DNA of 64,000 nt from positions 2,170,001 through 2,234,000 of the forward strand of contig JAYWIR010000008.1 of the NCBI GenBank assembly GCA_036172245.1. Direction: 5' to 3'. Numbering within the stretch: the first letter of the stretch is position 1; each line of letters starts with the position of its first letter. Position numbers and translations under genes: made by a program. This DNA comes from Raillietiella orientalis. Taxonomy: Eukaryota. The notes under the pieces were generated by a model. It ran no database searches, had not been told where the DNA came from, and worked only from the letters and a program-made list of their open reading frames with translations. Below are positions 1 to 10,826 of this stretch, in pieces.

Positions 1-1057
1 TCCAAAGAACTGTGAGAACACAACCCTGCCTTGATGATATGATTGCTACCCTGACCACTGCTCTGATTGCTTGCTTGAAGAATTGAGTGATTTAAAGATG
101 TCTTGTAGAAGTTATTAAATTCATTTTTGATGCCATAACTTCTGTTCCATTTTGTTTGTCTTTCTGTTAGTTGAAAAGCAATCCTTGAAGGCAAGAATCT
201 TTACTACATGACTGTATTTCAAATTTGCTTCTTGACTTTGCTGTTATAACTTATTTTACTAGGTGAAGTTCGTTGAAATGATGTTTTCTTGTATGTTTTT
301 AATTTCAAAACATGATGTAAGATCTGGAATGGCTTTGCAAACTTTTGCATCAGCGTGCACTGCTTTGCGTTTTTGTTTTCCACAGCGCAAGTGGAACCTC
401 ATTTCTCTTCAGCATTTTTCTGTTGCTTTAAGAGATCATGTTCGACTTACCTGCGAGTTTGAAGGTTTGTGGATGTTCAAACTACAGCTATTCCTCTCTT
501 ACCTCCAGTTGAACGCTTATGGTTTCTCGTATCAAGATAACGAGCGTATTGAATCTTTGGAAGTCTCTGTACAGAGGGACTGTGTTTGCTTCTTCCTTTT
601 CTCGTCTCATCGTAAGATTCTGTTCATTATTTTGTAACGGATGTGAAGTGTCTTCCGTGTATTTTCCGTGTTTTCATTTCGGAAGTTCCGTTTCGTGAGC
701 TTACAGAAAATCCGTGCCTCTGGTTTTGCGATGAATACCGTGATCTGCCTGATTCGATGATGACTGCATCATTTTGCTTTGGGTCGTTTTCATTCCTTCA
801 TTGTGACTGATTTTATTCAGCGTTAATGGGTTGACCTGTATCGGCGTTGACTTCAGTGTTGATAAATGACATCGAAGAAACAGTTGAATCAGTAGAGTAT
901 TGAGTAGAGTATCAGTAGAGTAGAGTGGTCACCTATTTGCGTATTATTGGTATTCGTGCTTATGTTGAATGTGTGTTTGTTATCCCAATTTCCGAGTTGC
1001 AGATGCCCAGAAAAATTGTTTTCGGAAAACCGTGTGTCTCAGGGTGTGTCTTTCCAG

Positions 1058-3291
1058 GCGGCATTCTGAATTGTACATTTTCGATTGGTCATCCTATGGT
1101 GATACGAGCGAAGTAGTTGAGGAACTGGAAAGACTAGGCTCAGAGCATCAGGAAAGTAACGATCCTCTGTATTTCGACTGGAAGAAGAAGGATTTCGTGA
1201 TAGAAAATCATCGAATGTGGTAAATTCCAGTTCCGTTCAGTCCTGCAAGATTATGTGCAGGGTCTTTTTTTTTTTTTTTTTTCCTTAAAACTCACCTTAA
1301 CCTTTCAAACTGATCCTCTTCTCCGAAAGTCGTATTCACGGATGCTGTAACGTACGATTTGTGGTTTGCAGGCGAGTCACTGCTTGTATCCGAAAATGTA
1401 ATCCCATCCCTCATTTCCGTTCCTCATTTCGAGGTTTTGTAGTATGGCTTGAATCCACTAAGTCGAGCAGTAAGTTTAAGATGATTTTTGGATGCATGTT
1501 GAATATTTCGTTCGCTGGAGTCATTCGCAAATCGGAAGAGTGGTGCCGTTCAGTCAGCCTCCGAAGATTATTCAATGTCTGCTCTCATCTTATTTAGAAT
1601 CGCAAGCGTTCCTCTAATCATTAAGAAAGAAAAATGCTTTTGCGTATTTTTTTTTTTTCTTCAAGCGGCGAAGTGCCATCAAATTTGCGGTAAAAAAAGG
1701 CCTCATGGTTTATAAGTGAATTATTAGACGATTCTAAATCATGGCACCTTCGGAATTCATGATAGATAATAGTGTAGATGAAATAGACGAAGTGGTGTGC
1801 CATCCCGCCTGATCAGAAGGTATTTTTGGCGATCTTGCAATTCTTTGCTTAACTTGGATAAAGCGTTTACAATTCTAATATAGCATATGCCAGAAGGTCA
1901 AAGATCACTTGTGCTTAGAAGGAAATGTGTGCTCTCGTACTTTAACTCTGAGAATGATTAATTCTATCATTTTGCACGTTTCTTTTTAGAATTTTATGTG
2001 GGTTTTTATCGTTGTGGATGGTGTTTTCAGAGACACTAGGCAGTATTATTCGTTTAATCCTACTTAAATTCTGTGGGCCAGTTTTTCTTTAAAAAAAAAA
2101 AAAAAGAGGAAGACGAAGGACCTTGAATTTTTTTTTTTTCTCGTTCCAAGAATGTTGTGGTAATATGAGTGCTTCATTTTTTAGTTCATTAAAATTATAT
2201 CGTGCGATTCCTTGGAATTTGAAGTAGATGGGAAATGTTCAGAGTCCCAGAAATTCCATTCATTTCGAACGTATGTCACGTCGTTGCCTGAAATCGTCTC
2301 TGCTGCTTGAATGTCACTCTGTGGAAGGATATTCGATCTTCGGAAGCACTGCTGCTGGAGGGTTTCCAAGCGACTCCGCTGCACCATTCTCGGTGCGTGC
2401 TGAGATGAAATGTTCGGTCATCGAAAAATTGCCGATGCCTCCATTCATCTCTGCCACCGCCCGTCTTCCTTATCAGCTGTCGGCCAGTCCGATTCTGGTC
2501 ATCCAAGCCCCCTTAGCGGTTTTGCTCCTCGCCTCGATTTCCTCCGTCTTGAGAATCCTTGGGCGATTTGGGTGGAAGCAGCATTTCGCGTCCTCACCAT
2601 AGGCATCTTCGTGAGGCGGAATGGAAGGAGGCCTGATTATCTCACGACACCCGAGCACTGCTTTTCAAAACAAAAATACTTTGCGGAACAAGGGATGCAA
2701 GCTGGACCAACTTTCCGCTCCTAATGGGGGGGGGGAGGGGATGCGCGTCTGTCGTTAATCTGGTTTTGGATCGTCTCTGTGTAACGTGCTGTTTTTGTTT
2801 TCGATTTCGTTCTTCATGGTATTTAAAGTTGGCAGCAGCTGTGGGGAAGGAGGGGCACGTGACCTTAACTCCCGTGGCGTGGCACTTCCGTCCAGTCGGA
2901 TGGTATATGCGATTTGTACTCGTGGACGGCAGGGTGTACAAAACGAAGCGGGACATCCAGACGGAGAGAAATTTCCGCCTTTCCGCGGGGCTCCAAGCGA
3001 AAGCTCAGAACCCTCGTCTTCCGCGGTGTGTTCTGTACTGATGCGGTCCCATGGCTTTCCAGCTACGGCAGACAGCGCAGTGATCTGGTGAACTTGCTGT
3101 ATGTCAGTGACTTGGACATACCGGGTGTCACCATACCCTCCGGAGATGTGCCATACCTGCCTGAGCTGTGGAAAAGAGTGAGTACAGCCACGCTTCTTCG
3201 TGAGCCGCGATTGACGTTCGCCAAGGTTCCAGGGCTGTGGTATGCCGAGGGTTACAATAGGAAGTTGGGAGATAATGTGTGGTTCAAGTGA
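1058..3291 (+). CDS. NDUFA10: NADH dehydrogenase (ubiquinone) 1 alpha subcomplex subunit 10 (42 kDa), last three coding exons; 5' exons not identified in the window
   Basis: Exons 1058-1219, 3063-3177 and 3226-3291 have GT/AG ends and matching phases. They splice to RHSELYIFDWSSYGDTSEVVEELERLGSEHQESNDPLYFDWKKKDFVIENHRMC-YGRQRSDLVNLLYVSDLDIPGVTIPSGDVPYLPELWKR-VPGLWYAEGYNRKLGDNVWFK*. This matches the remembered ND-42/NDUFA10 C-terminus (L.YDW...G.T..VVE.IER...; PG..Y..GYN...GD..W.K). Confidence 0.88.
2300..2650 (-). pseudogene. Possible relic of a Tc1/mariner transposase N-terminus (HTH region) in an NDUFA10 intron
   Basis: Minus-strand fragments DAYGEDAK and, in a shifted frame, LDDQNRTGR resemble the mariner motifs EAYGEDAL and LEDEPRSGRP in the right order. 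Stops and frameshifts are present and no TIRs were found. Confidence 0.35.
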
Positions 3292-4419
3292 TTTTCCCCA
3301 CGTCCCCGAACAAGGGTGCAAGAATTTTTCGCGTCGTGGTGTAATATCAAATTTGTGATGATTTTTAGGAATTTTTTTTTTTTTTTCCCCCCCTTCCCGC
3401 CAAGCACCCAGCCTTCGCCACCTCTGGAAGACAAAAAGTTGGTTTGCTCAGGACTGAAATGTGCGGAAGTTGACGTCAAATAAGTTTTTGTTCCGTTCTT
3501 GAAGTGAATCCGCCCTCGGCGCATGAAAATCAAAGTGATGCCCTGCCTACCGAGGTGTGTGCACCAGCAGTGTTTCTTCCGTTTTTTCCGGATGGTTGCC
3601 AGAAAAAAAAAAAATTAATGAATCACAGATTACTGGAACAGATCGTTAGCACTGAACATTTTACTCACCACGAATACATAACGATCTATATAATTTCGCT
3701 AATTAACCATGTGCCGTTTCCGAAATTCAGTTATTGGTTCAGTAGAATTGATAAGTTAGCTTGATGCATTTCTTTTAAATAGTAATAATATAGGCGACTT
3801 TAGTAGGAACTGCATGAAAGTAAGGCGATCACGTTTTTTCGTTTTGCTCCTGGTCGTCTGTTTCAGCTGCAAAAAGCACTGTGTGGTCCAAAAGTGATGG
3901 TTTTTAGGGACCAAGATCATCACGAAGAGCGGAAAAAAGACATGGAATAATCATTTTTGGGGGGGGGGGGATTTCCTGTATTCAGATAGGATCCTCATCT
4001 GGCTCCATCCACTGCTCGGTGCGAGATTCCAAGTCCCGCGTGGCGCTGGCGTGGTCTTTTCCACAGGCCTTCAAACGCTCTGTCACGGCTATGTGAGTGC
4101 CACTGATGGCTCGCCAGATCGGATCGTTTCAGGTTCATCTTGGGGGAAAACGGGGGGAGACATTCCGGCGAGTAAGGGGGAACGGTCCAAAGTCGAGATC
4201 TGCGTTTCTGCGCCAAAAACTCGCGTCTCTCTTTCTGCCCTCGTGACGGGGAACGCGGGACGAATCGTGCGCGCTGTTTTCCGTTTCTTTGAATCTTCTT
4301 GTAAGAAGCGCGTAGCGCCGCAGCTTTCGGTCCGCCGAGAGTTTCCACCGTCACTCGAGAGGTCAATCGTGGGTCCGCTTTAAGCGGTCCTTTGCAACGG
4401 CGACGACCTCGTTGTCACT

Positions 4420-4920
4420 GGGTGATGGCTGCGTCCGCCGTCCTTCACGGGACTGTCTTCCATCTCGACACCGCGCGTGCCATCGAAAAGTGTTTAAGCG
4501 GTTCTTGTCTTCGTCCCCCTGAGTCTCTTGCTCCCAGTAGTGGTGCAAACCGGATGCCCCCGATGAGTGCCGAAACAATAAGATTCGACCTCCAGGTCCT
4601 TCCAGGAATCGAGGAGCGGACCTTCCCCTCCGGGGAAGGGACCCTCCCGTGGAGTAGGTGTGTCGCCACCTCTCCAGAGAGTGCAGCGAAGCGAGAGCGA
4701 TCCCTTCGGGGAGCGCCCTTCTGAGAAATTTCGGAAGCGTCCTTTCGAGGTTCCCTTCGGAGGAGTACGCAGGAGCGGTTCCCTTCGGAGAAGAAAACAT
4801 GGAGCGGAAGAGTAAGGAAGGAGATTTCCCTTCGGAGACAACCAAGGCTGGAAGGTTCCCTTCGGGGATCCTTCCCCAAGCGTGAGAGGCGGTCCCCTCC
4901 CGGATACACCGTATCTTGAA
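4420..4920 (+). mobile_element. Copy 1 of a long tRNA-headed SINE-like repeat (head decayed)
   Basis: Contains the reverse complements of blocks in the copies at 44.7-45.4, 55.5-56.1 and 58.5-59.5 kb: ggtccttccaggaatc, gagaaatttcggaagcgtcc, cccaagcgtgagagg. Confidence 0.6.
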
Positions 4921-6081
4921 GAATTGCACGCACCCTCGGGTGGTGTGCAACCGTCTCAAAGAGCTGCGTGGACCGCCAGGCGCGCGATGGCTCTTGAAGT
5001 TCTCAGCGAACCAAAAAAAAAAGAGAAAAGATTGAAAGGCATAACAGCGATGAGAGAAAAGAACCCCAAAAGGATTCCCATCGTCCTGTGCAGAAGCTGA
5101 GACGACGAAACCTGGTGCGCTCTTGACGAAGGCTTTCACCACCGTGGCGAAGATAGCGCAGCAGCCAACAGACGCGACAGCGACACACAAACTTCACGCG
5201 ACCGTGCACGTGGACGAGCAGCCCTCGCAACCGTACGGAAGTGGTTATCCGGGCGCAGTCGCTGCGGCGATGCCATCTGCAGCCGCGACGGCAGTGCTGT
5301 GCTCGGTCGCTGACACGGAGGCAGAGACAGCGCCATTGTGCCATTTCAAGAAGACACTACAGAGCTACCGAGGAGTGATGACGTACAACCAGCAAATGGG
5401 CCTCAACCTCTCATACTGAAGGTGGGCGTTTCTAAAGATGGGTGGCACGGTATCCGAAGCCGTGCCGACTGTCAGAGGAAGATATACCCCCTTCCTTCAC
5501 GTCCATCTCAAAATTCCTACAGCGAGCAAGAGCACAAGTTGCACGCAATGCCTTTTCTTGATGACAACTAGACACATCACGCCTCTTTGTAGACTACTGT
5601 TCAAGAAAGGTTTATAGTACATACTCCAGCTGTGCGCCGGTATATGACGTGACCGTAAGAAATTCAGTCCTAAAACTTATGGACCGCACGCCGTATGGTG
5701 TTCCATATCGTTCCATATCGATGTAAATGGCTACTTGTTTCAGTAAATATGTAAGGTGCAGTTATTGTCTTATGGTACATTTGGTTACCGGGAGCCATAA
5801 GCCTGTTGATGAGCCACTTTTGAGGCAGCAGACACGAAGGCGCAGTGAAAGATTCGGGATCAGAAGGGTAGGTGAAACGGATGCCACTCAAGTCGAGCAC
5901 AAACGGAGGATGGCAAGAAGGTCCGAAAGATTCTTCGCAAACTTGAGAAATCACACGCAGCCTAGGAGAGAAGATTTCCAAAATCAGGTTATTTCAGGAT
6001 GCGGGGGAATTTTAAGGAAGAGCCAGTTTGCCAAGCATGTCGGCTTGCCATCTGTCTAAATTGACGGGTGAGCCATGAGAG

Positions 6082-8785
6082 CAGGGCTGCCAACACAAGT
6101 TAACGGAATCCCGCTAGGGCCTTCGAAAACCCGCGACTTTCCAAAAGAAATCTCCAGATTTCAATACCTAGGAATTTATTATAATTGTTTATAACATGCA
6201 ATTTACATTTGATAGGGATAAAACAATTTTAATGTATAACTCGCTCAAAATAGCAGGTCCTCTGAATCGTCCCCGTCGAAGAAATAATGCTGCGATTGTG
6301 AGGTGCTGGGAGTCGGGTTCTCAGCCTGTCCACTTTCATTTCTGTAGGCAGCCAAGGTTGCCTATTTTCCTTAAAAGCTCTGATGGCAATTGGTAAATGG
6401 CCGCATTTTTCAAAGCGGTCTAGACCTTCTCTGATTGTGAGGATTGCATTGACCAATTCCGTTCCCATCTGGTTTCGTAGTTTTCCCGTCACCATGTTCA
6501 TCAAGCTGAGCATTCTTTCCACTTGAGCATTAGACCAAGGAAGAACAGTGAGAGATGTGATTACGTCAACCAACTCTTGAAATGGATTGACATCAGATGC
6601 GCCTTTATAACTAGCTACATCACTCCAGAATTCAATCGTGCTGGCAGCTTTCTCTCACTTTACACTTGTCGTTTTACTGGATTTTTGCTTTTGCTATCTT
6701 GTCTGATTCAATTCGAAGATGCTGCATTAATGGTATCAATGGACCTTTGACAACACGAGACACAAATTATTGACGTTGATCTCAGCGCCTTTATATTATC
6801 AAACAGTCTTGCTTGAAGCTCTTTATTTAATCCAATAAGGAAGATAATGCATCTTTCGCTGAAGTCAGTTTCTTCTGCTGCTGGCTGTTTGAGTTGATGC
6901 ATTTTCTCCTCAAGTTCATAGCCCAGATAGGAAGTCCAGTGAACACAATCAGGCTTTTTTGTAAGGAAGTCCTTCCTGCAGGTTGGAAGCACAAACTTCT
7001 TGGCCTTGTCCTCCGCCAAACCAGCCAGATCATCCAAGAGCTTGGTACAATAGGCGTTACTGACCTCAAATGATTTGTTTACCCTACGCACGTCAGTCAA
7101 TACTGGTAGGAGGAAGAGGAGGAATGCGTGGTTTTTCTCATCAGAAAGCACATTGTTCAAAAGGGATGCTGTATAATCTTTCTCTTTTGCATTCGCAGTT
7201 CTAAACACAGCACTGATTTCTACCCAATGATCGAGAATTCTGTTTATTGCAGTCTCAATCGACAGCCAACGAGTCTGGCACTTCTGTACAATATTTCTAG
7301 GATTGCCCCCATCATTCATGGCAGCAAATAGAGCATTGTAACCGTCTCGCCGTAAGGCAGAATGGAAAAACCAGTTACAGACTTCTCTCAGTAAAAAGTC
7401 AAGATAAGTGGGAGGGCAATCTGAGGCTGCAGAGACAACCAATTGGAGAGAGTGACACTCGCAACGGATCACTGTAAGCCCTGGGCATTCACTTCTCAGT
7501 TTCGCGCACACGCCAGTCACGACGCTCGCATGATCGACACCAATCGCTTTCATATTTTGACTGTTCAATCCTTTACTACCAAGTGTTTCCTTCACAGTAG
7601 CAGCAACAGACAGATTCCTCATCACAAGTGCGTCAAGTTCAGCCAATGCCAAAAAAGGAGATTCCACCCTTCCCGACTGATGACTGAAACATACAACAGC
7701 GATTCCTAGCATTTTAGTCGCACCAATATCGTTGGATCCATCAATTAAAATGCTGGAAGGAGCGGTCCCTACATCATCAAGAAGGGCCTTTTCAAAGCGA
7801 GGTGCCAACACGAAGTTCATTATAGCAGTACACTTAGAACGGTGTGTTTGGGCTCTGCAATCAAACTGTCCGAGAATTTATGTTTATGCAGTTCTCCGAG
7901 ATCCTCGACTGCTCACATTGCTGCGTGGCACGCTGTGAAGAGACTCGAAGGCGCTTCAGCTGCGTCTTCAGAGTCTTTGCTCTTGAAACGAAAGTGTCCG
8001 GTTTTCGTGCAGAAGAGACTGCAGTGCCGACCGACCGATGCTTCTCCGCTTCTCACTGAGGAAGTCGATCGCAGTGTTTTGCAGCCGATAGGCATTTGTA
8101 AAACCTGCTGTTTAGCTCTTTATCAGCACTTCCCGGAATTCCCAAGATTCGATCTTCGAGGAGCACTCCACTTAGCCGCTCTTTCCGAAACCGTTGCTGA
8201 TATTGAGGTCCCATATCATATGCATGAAACAACGGATAAAAAAATGACACAATGCGCACCCAATAATTTAACAGGAACACGAGGTATGGAAGCCCAATGT
8301 GTCACAGCACACGTCCAGCATATGGAATGCCATTCAATCTTCAACCAACAATTCACTGTCTATGATTGTGAGATTTATTTTATTAAGCTATGTTATTTGC
8401 GCCTGCTCGATACGTTTGTATGGAGAGAGCCACACTTCCGGTCTTATCATCTCATCACAATTCAAATATCAAAATAATTCCATAGTAAGGAGGTCCTTTC
8501 CTCTACAATCTTTACCAAGAATGCAATAATTTATTAATGTGACTCCACATGCGCCAAGATTGGAACAGGGATGGATAAAAATTATCCGGAATCCCATTTA
8601 AGACTATTTACAGAATCCATCGTTGAGGATTTTCTGTGCAGCCATGAAAAACCCGGTAAACTTCGACGTCCAGTGATTTAAGAACCGCTGGAATTCTCGC
8701 TCTGCGAGATAAAACATGTTTAGCCGCTAGCTGGGTTTCCCCAAACGCTAAATCTAGAGGGAAAGCCGCTGACTTGGCAACCCTG
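6082..8785 (-). mobile_element. hAT-superfamily DNA transposon, full length but defective (2704 bp)
   Basis: TIRs cagggctgccaa (6082-6093) and ttggcaaccctg (8774-8785; reverse complement cagggttgccaa), 11/12 identical. The flanking 8-mers catgagag (6074-6081) and catgcaag (8786-8793) match 6/8, consistent with a decayed 8-bp TSD. Transposase remnants lie inside. Confidence 0.88.
6400..8214 (-). pseudogene. hAT transposase (ZNF862/ZBED-like), interrupted
   Basis: N-terminus MGPQYQQRFRKE... (ATG at 8214) is BED-finger-like but has stops and frameshifts. ORF 6708-7820 carries ..KCTAIMNFVLAP.., SILIDGSND (catalytic D region), IRCECHSLQL (CxxH) and TRWLS. ORF 6229-6573 carries the hAT dimerisation motif LPWSNAQVERMLSLMNMVTGKLRNQM. 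Confidence 0.9.
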
Positions 8786-10806
8786 CATGCAAGTCGCGGG
8801 ATGTGCAGCGCCGCTATTCACTGCTCCGGCCGCATGAGCCGACCCAGCAAGTCGCGCTTGAAATGCGTTCGGCTAGAAGAGCTCGACGCAATCAGAGCAC
8901 CATTGAGAAGCAGCACCCACGGACGCTGGGTGCACGAGGAGGCAAGGCTACTCCCCGACGGCTCATCTGCACCTCGCCCCCCATTTCCCCTGTGGGTGCC
9001 GCTCCGTTCCTCCGGCTTGCCAGCAGCCGCCGCCCGTCAAGCACCCAAACACATCCCCACTCCGGCAGCCCTGCCTAGGGGAGTTGCCTCCCCCGAACTG
9101 CAGAAGGTGAGGGGAGCATCGGAAACGCGTCCGCACCTGCTCTTCGACTGCGGTGTCCTCCAAAGACTGTGGCGGAGGCTGGCAACAGCGCTCCTGCACC
9201 AAGGGGACAACCACAAGGAATTTGATGCGCCGCTTCTTCTGGCGATGCAGCCCTTCGTTAGGTGCGGTCATCGCAATGGTCTGCCTCATCCTCTCCATCG
9301 TCACGGTACGCCACCAGTCGGAGTCGCGGGCGATTCCTGGACTTCGTTATCTTGAAAGATGATGACGTAAGTTCGGTTTCACGATTGCCTCGCGGTCATC
9401 GCTTGCGGTCGTTGCGTGTTCTTCGAGGTATTCGCTTGTTTTTTGTTGGTTTCAATGGAAAAAACCCACCAGTGTGAGAGAAATGAAATCAACAGCTATT
9501 TGCTTATCTACTTGACCTACTTGGTCTTCTCGCCCAGAGTTCCTTTTTTGGGGTTAGTTTCTCTTCTGATGTTTTGCTCCATTATTAGTTGTCTTAACAC
9601 TGTTATACATTGGGTCTATGAGGACAGGAGGAGAGAGGAGGGGCTGTGTCACTGTTAGAGGCATTTTTTCAAAACAGAACTGCACAAGGGCCACGCATAG
9701 GCGAGTAGTGATGGGTATACCCAGACACACCTGCAGTTTCTCGATTCTTCCTTAATGCTTTTAGGCTCAACGCAGATATCCATCGACATAACTTGCAGAT
9801 CAAGAATTTCATCTGGTACACATACCACCTTCCCTTTCCCTTCCCTCTCTCTTTTTTTTTTTTTTTTACATAGTGAGCCATCTTGTTCCTCTCCAAAGTG
9901 CATGACGCGCCAAAGAATCCACCTCATTTTCGAGTTTCTCCCTTCTGCTCCTTCTCTTTGTGTTTTTTTTCCCCTTCTTCTTCAACAGATTGCCTACGCC
10001 CCTTCCTTCCTCTGTCCTGATGGGGTGCAAGATTATCTGGGTCAGTGAGACTGTTCCCTTTTGACCGGGTGATTCTGGCTTCGGTCAGTAAGCGTCTGCA
10101 GACGGCGAAAAGACTGGATCAGGCAGAACTGACCAGCGTCTTCGGCGTCCTCTGGAGCAGGACAGTTTACTCATGCATGGAGAGGAAATTCGATCAGTTT
10201 CAATGCCGGCAGCTCAATTGCGTGGAGGAATTTCGTCAAGTGTTCGGCTTTTCAGACTCATGATATCTTAATTCCAGGAGCGCTTACACGGATCCCATGG
10301 AGCCCGCATCCTCGCGGACCCTTACCAAGCTCTCCCCCATCCCCCAAAGTAACGAGCTCGACAGGAGCTCGTCCCCCATGTGTCGAGGACACAGGGACGC
10401 TCTCCCTGAGTGCTGAGTCAGTTCACAAATGGTTTCCGCTCACCTAGTGGCAGCACTGCGTCCACGTTGAGAACTTTGGGTGAGGTAAACTGTTGCAGTG
10501 CAGATGGGGCCTTCCAGGAGGAAGACTTTAGAGCGTGGTTCACGAAGATCAGAGAGAGCAACGGCGGGATCGAAAATTCGCTACTGCTAATTCGTTTGTC
10601 TTAGAGAATGCATCGGTTTCTGGGTTCTTCTGCAAATACGTTCAAGTGGCGCTCCTTCCGGGCTTTCTACCAGAAATCCAGTTCCAACATGTTTCTACAC
10701 TGCTCGGGTTGTCGTCATGGAGATGGAGAATATGAAAGCATTCTTTTGTAGCGCGGGCAATAAAAAAATCATTGCAAAAATGCACAGGGAACTTAACGTT
10801 CCCTGT

Positions 10807-10826
10807 CCAACAACAACAACAACAAA
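10807..10826 (+). repeat. (CAA)n microsatellite
   Basis: ccaacaacaacaacaacaaa seen directly. Confidence 0.8.

Noticed and set aside
891..926. Short tandem repeat agtagagtat x3
   Set aside because: Ordinary slippage repeat in an intron with no further structure.
4697..4870. CRISPR-like repeat array
   Set aside because: Repeats are only ~10 nt with irregular spacing, no cas genes, and a eukaryotic context; they lie within a dispersed repeat.
5096..5419. Exon or zinc-finger-like ORF (..LCHFKKTLQSYRGVMTYNQQMG..)
   Set aside because: Zinc ligands are missing, no partner exon could be linked, and no family was recognised.
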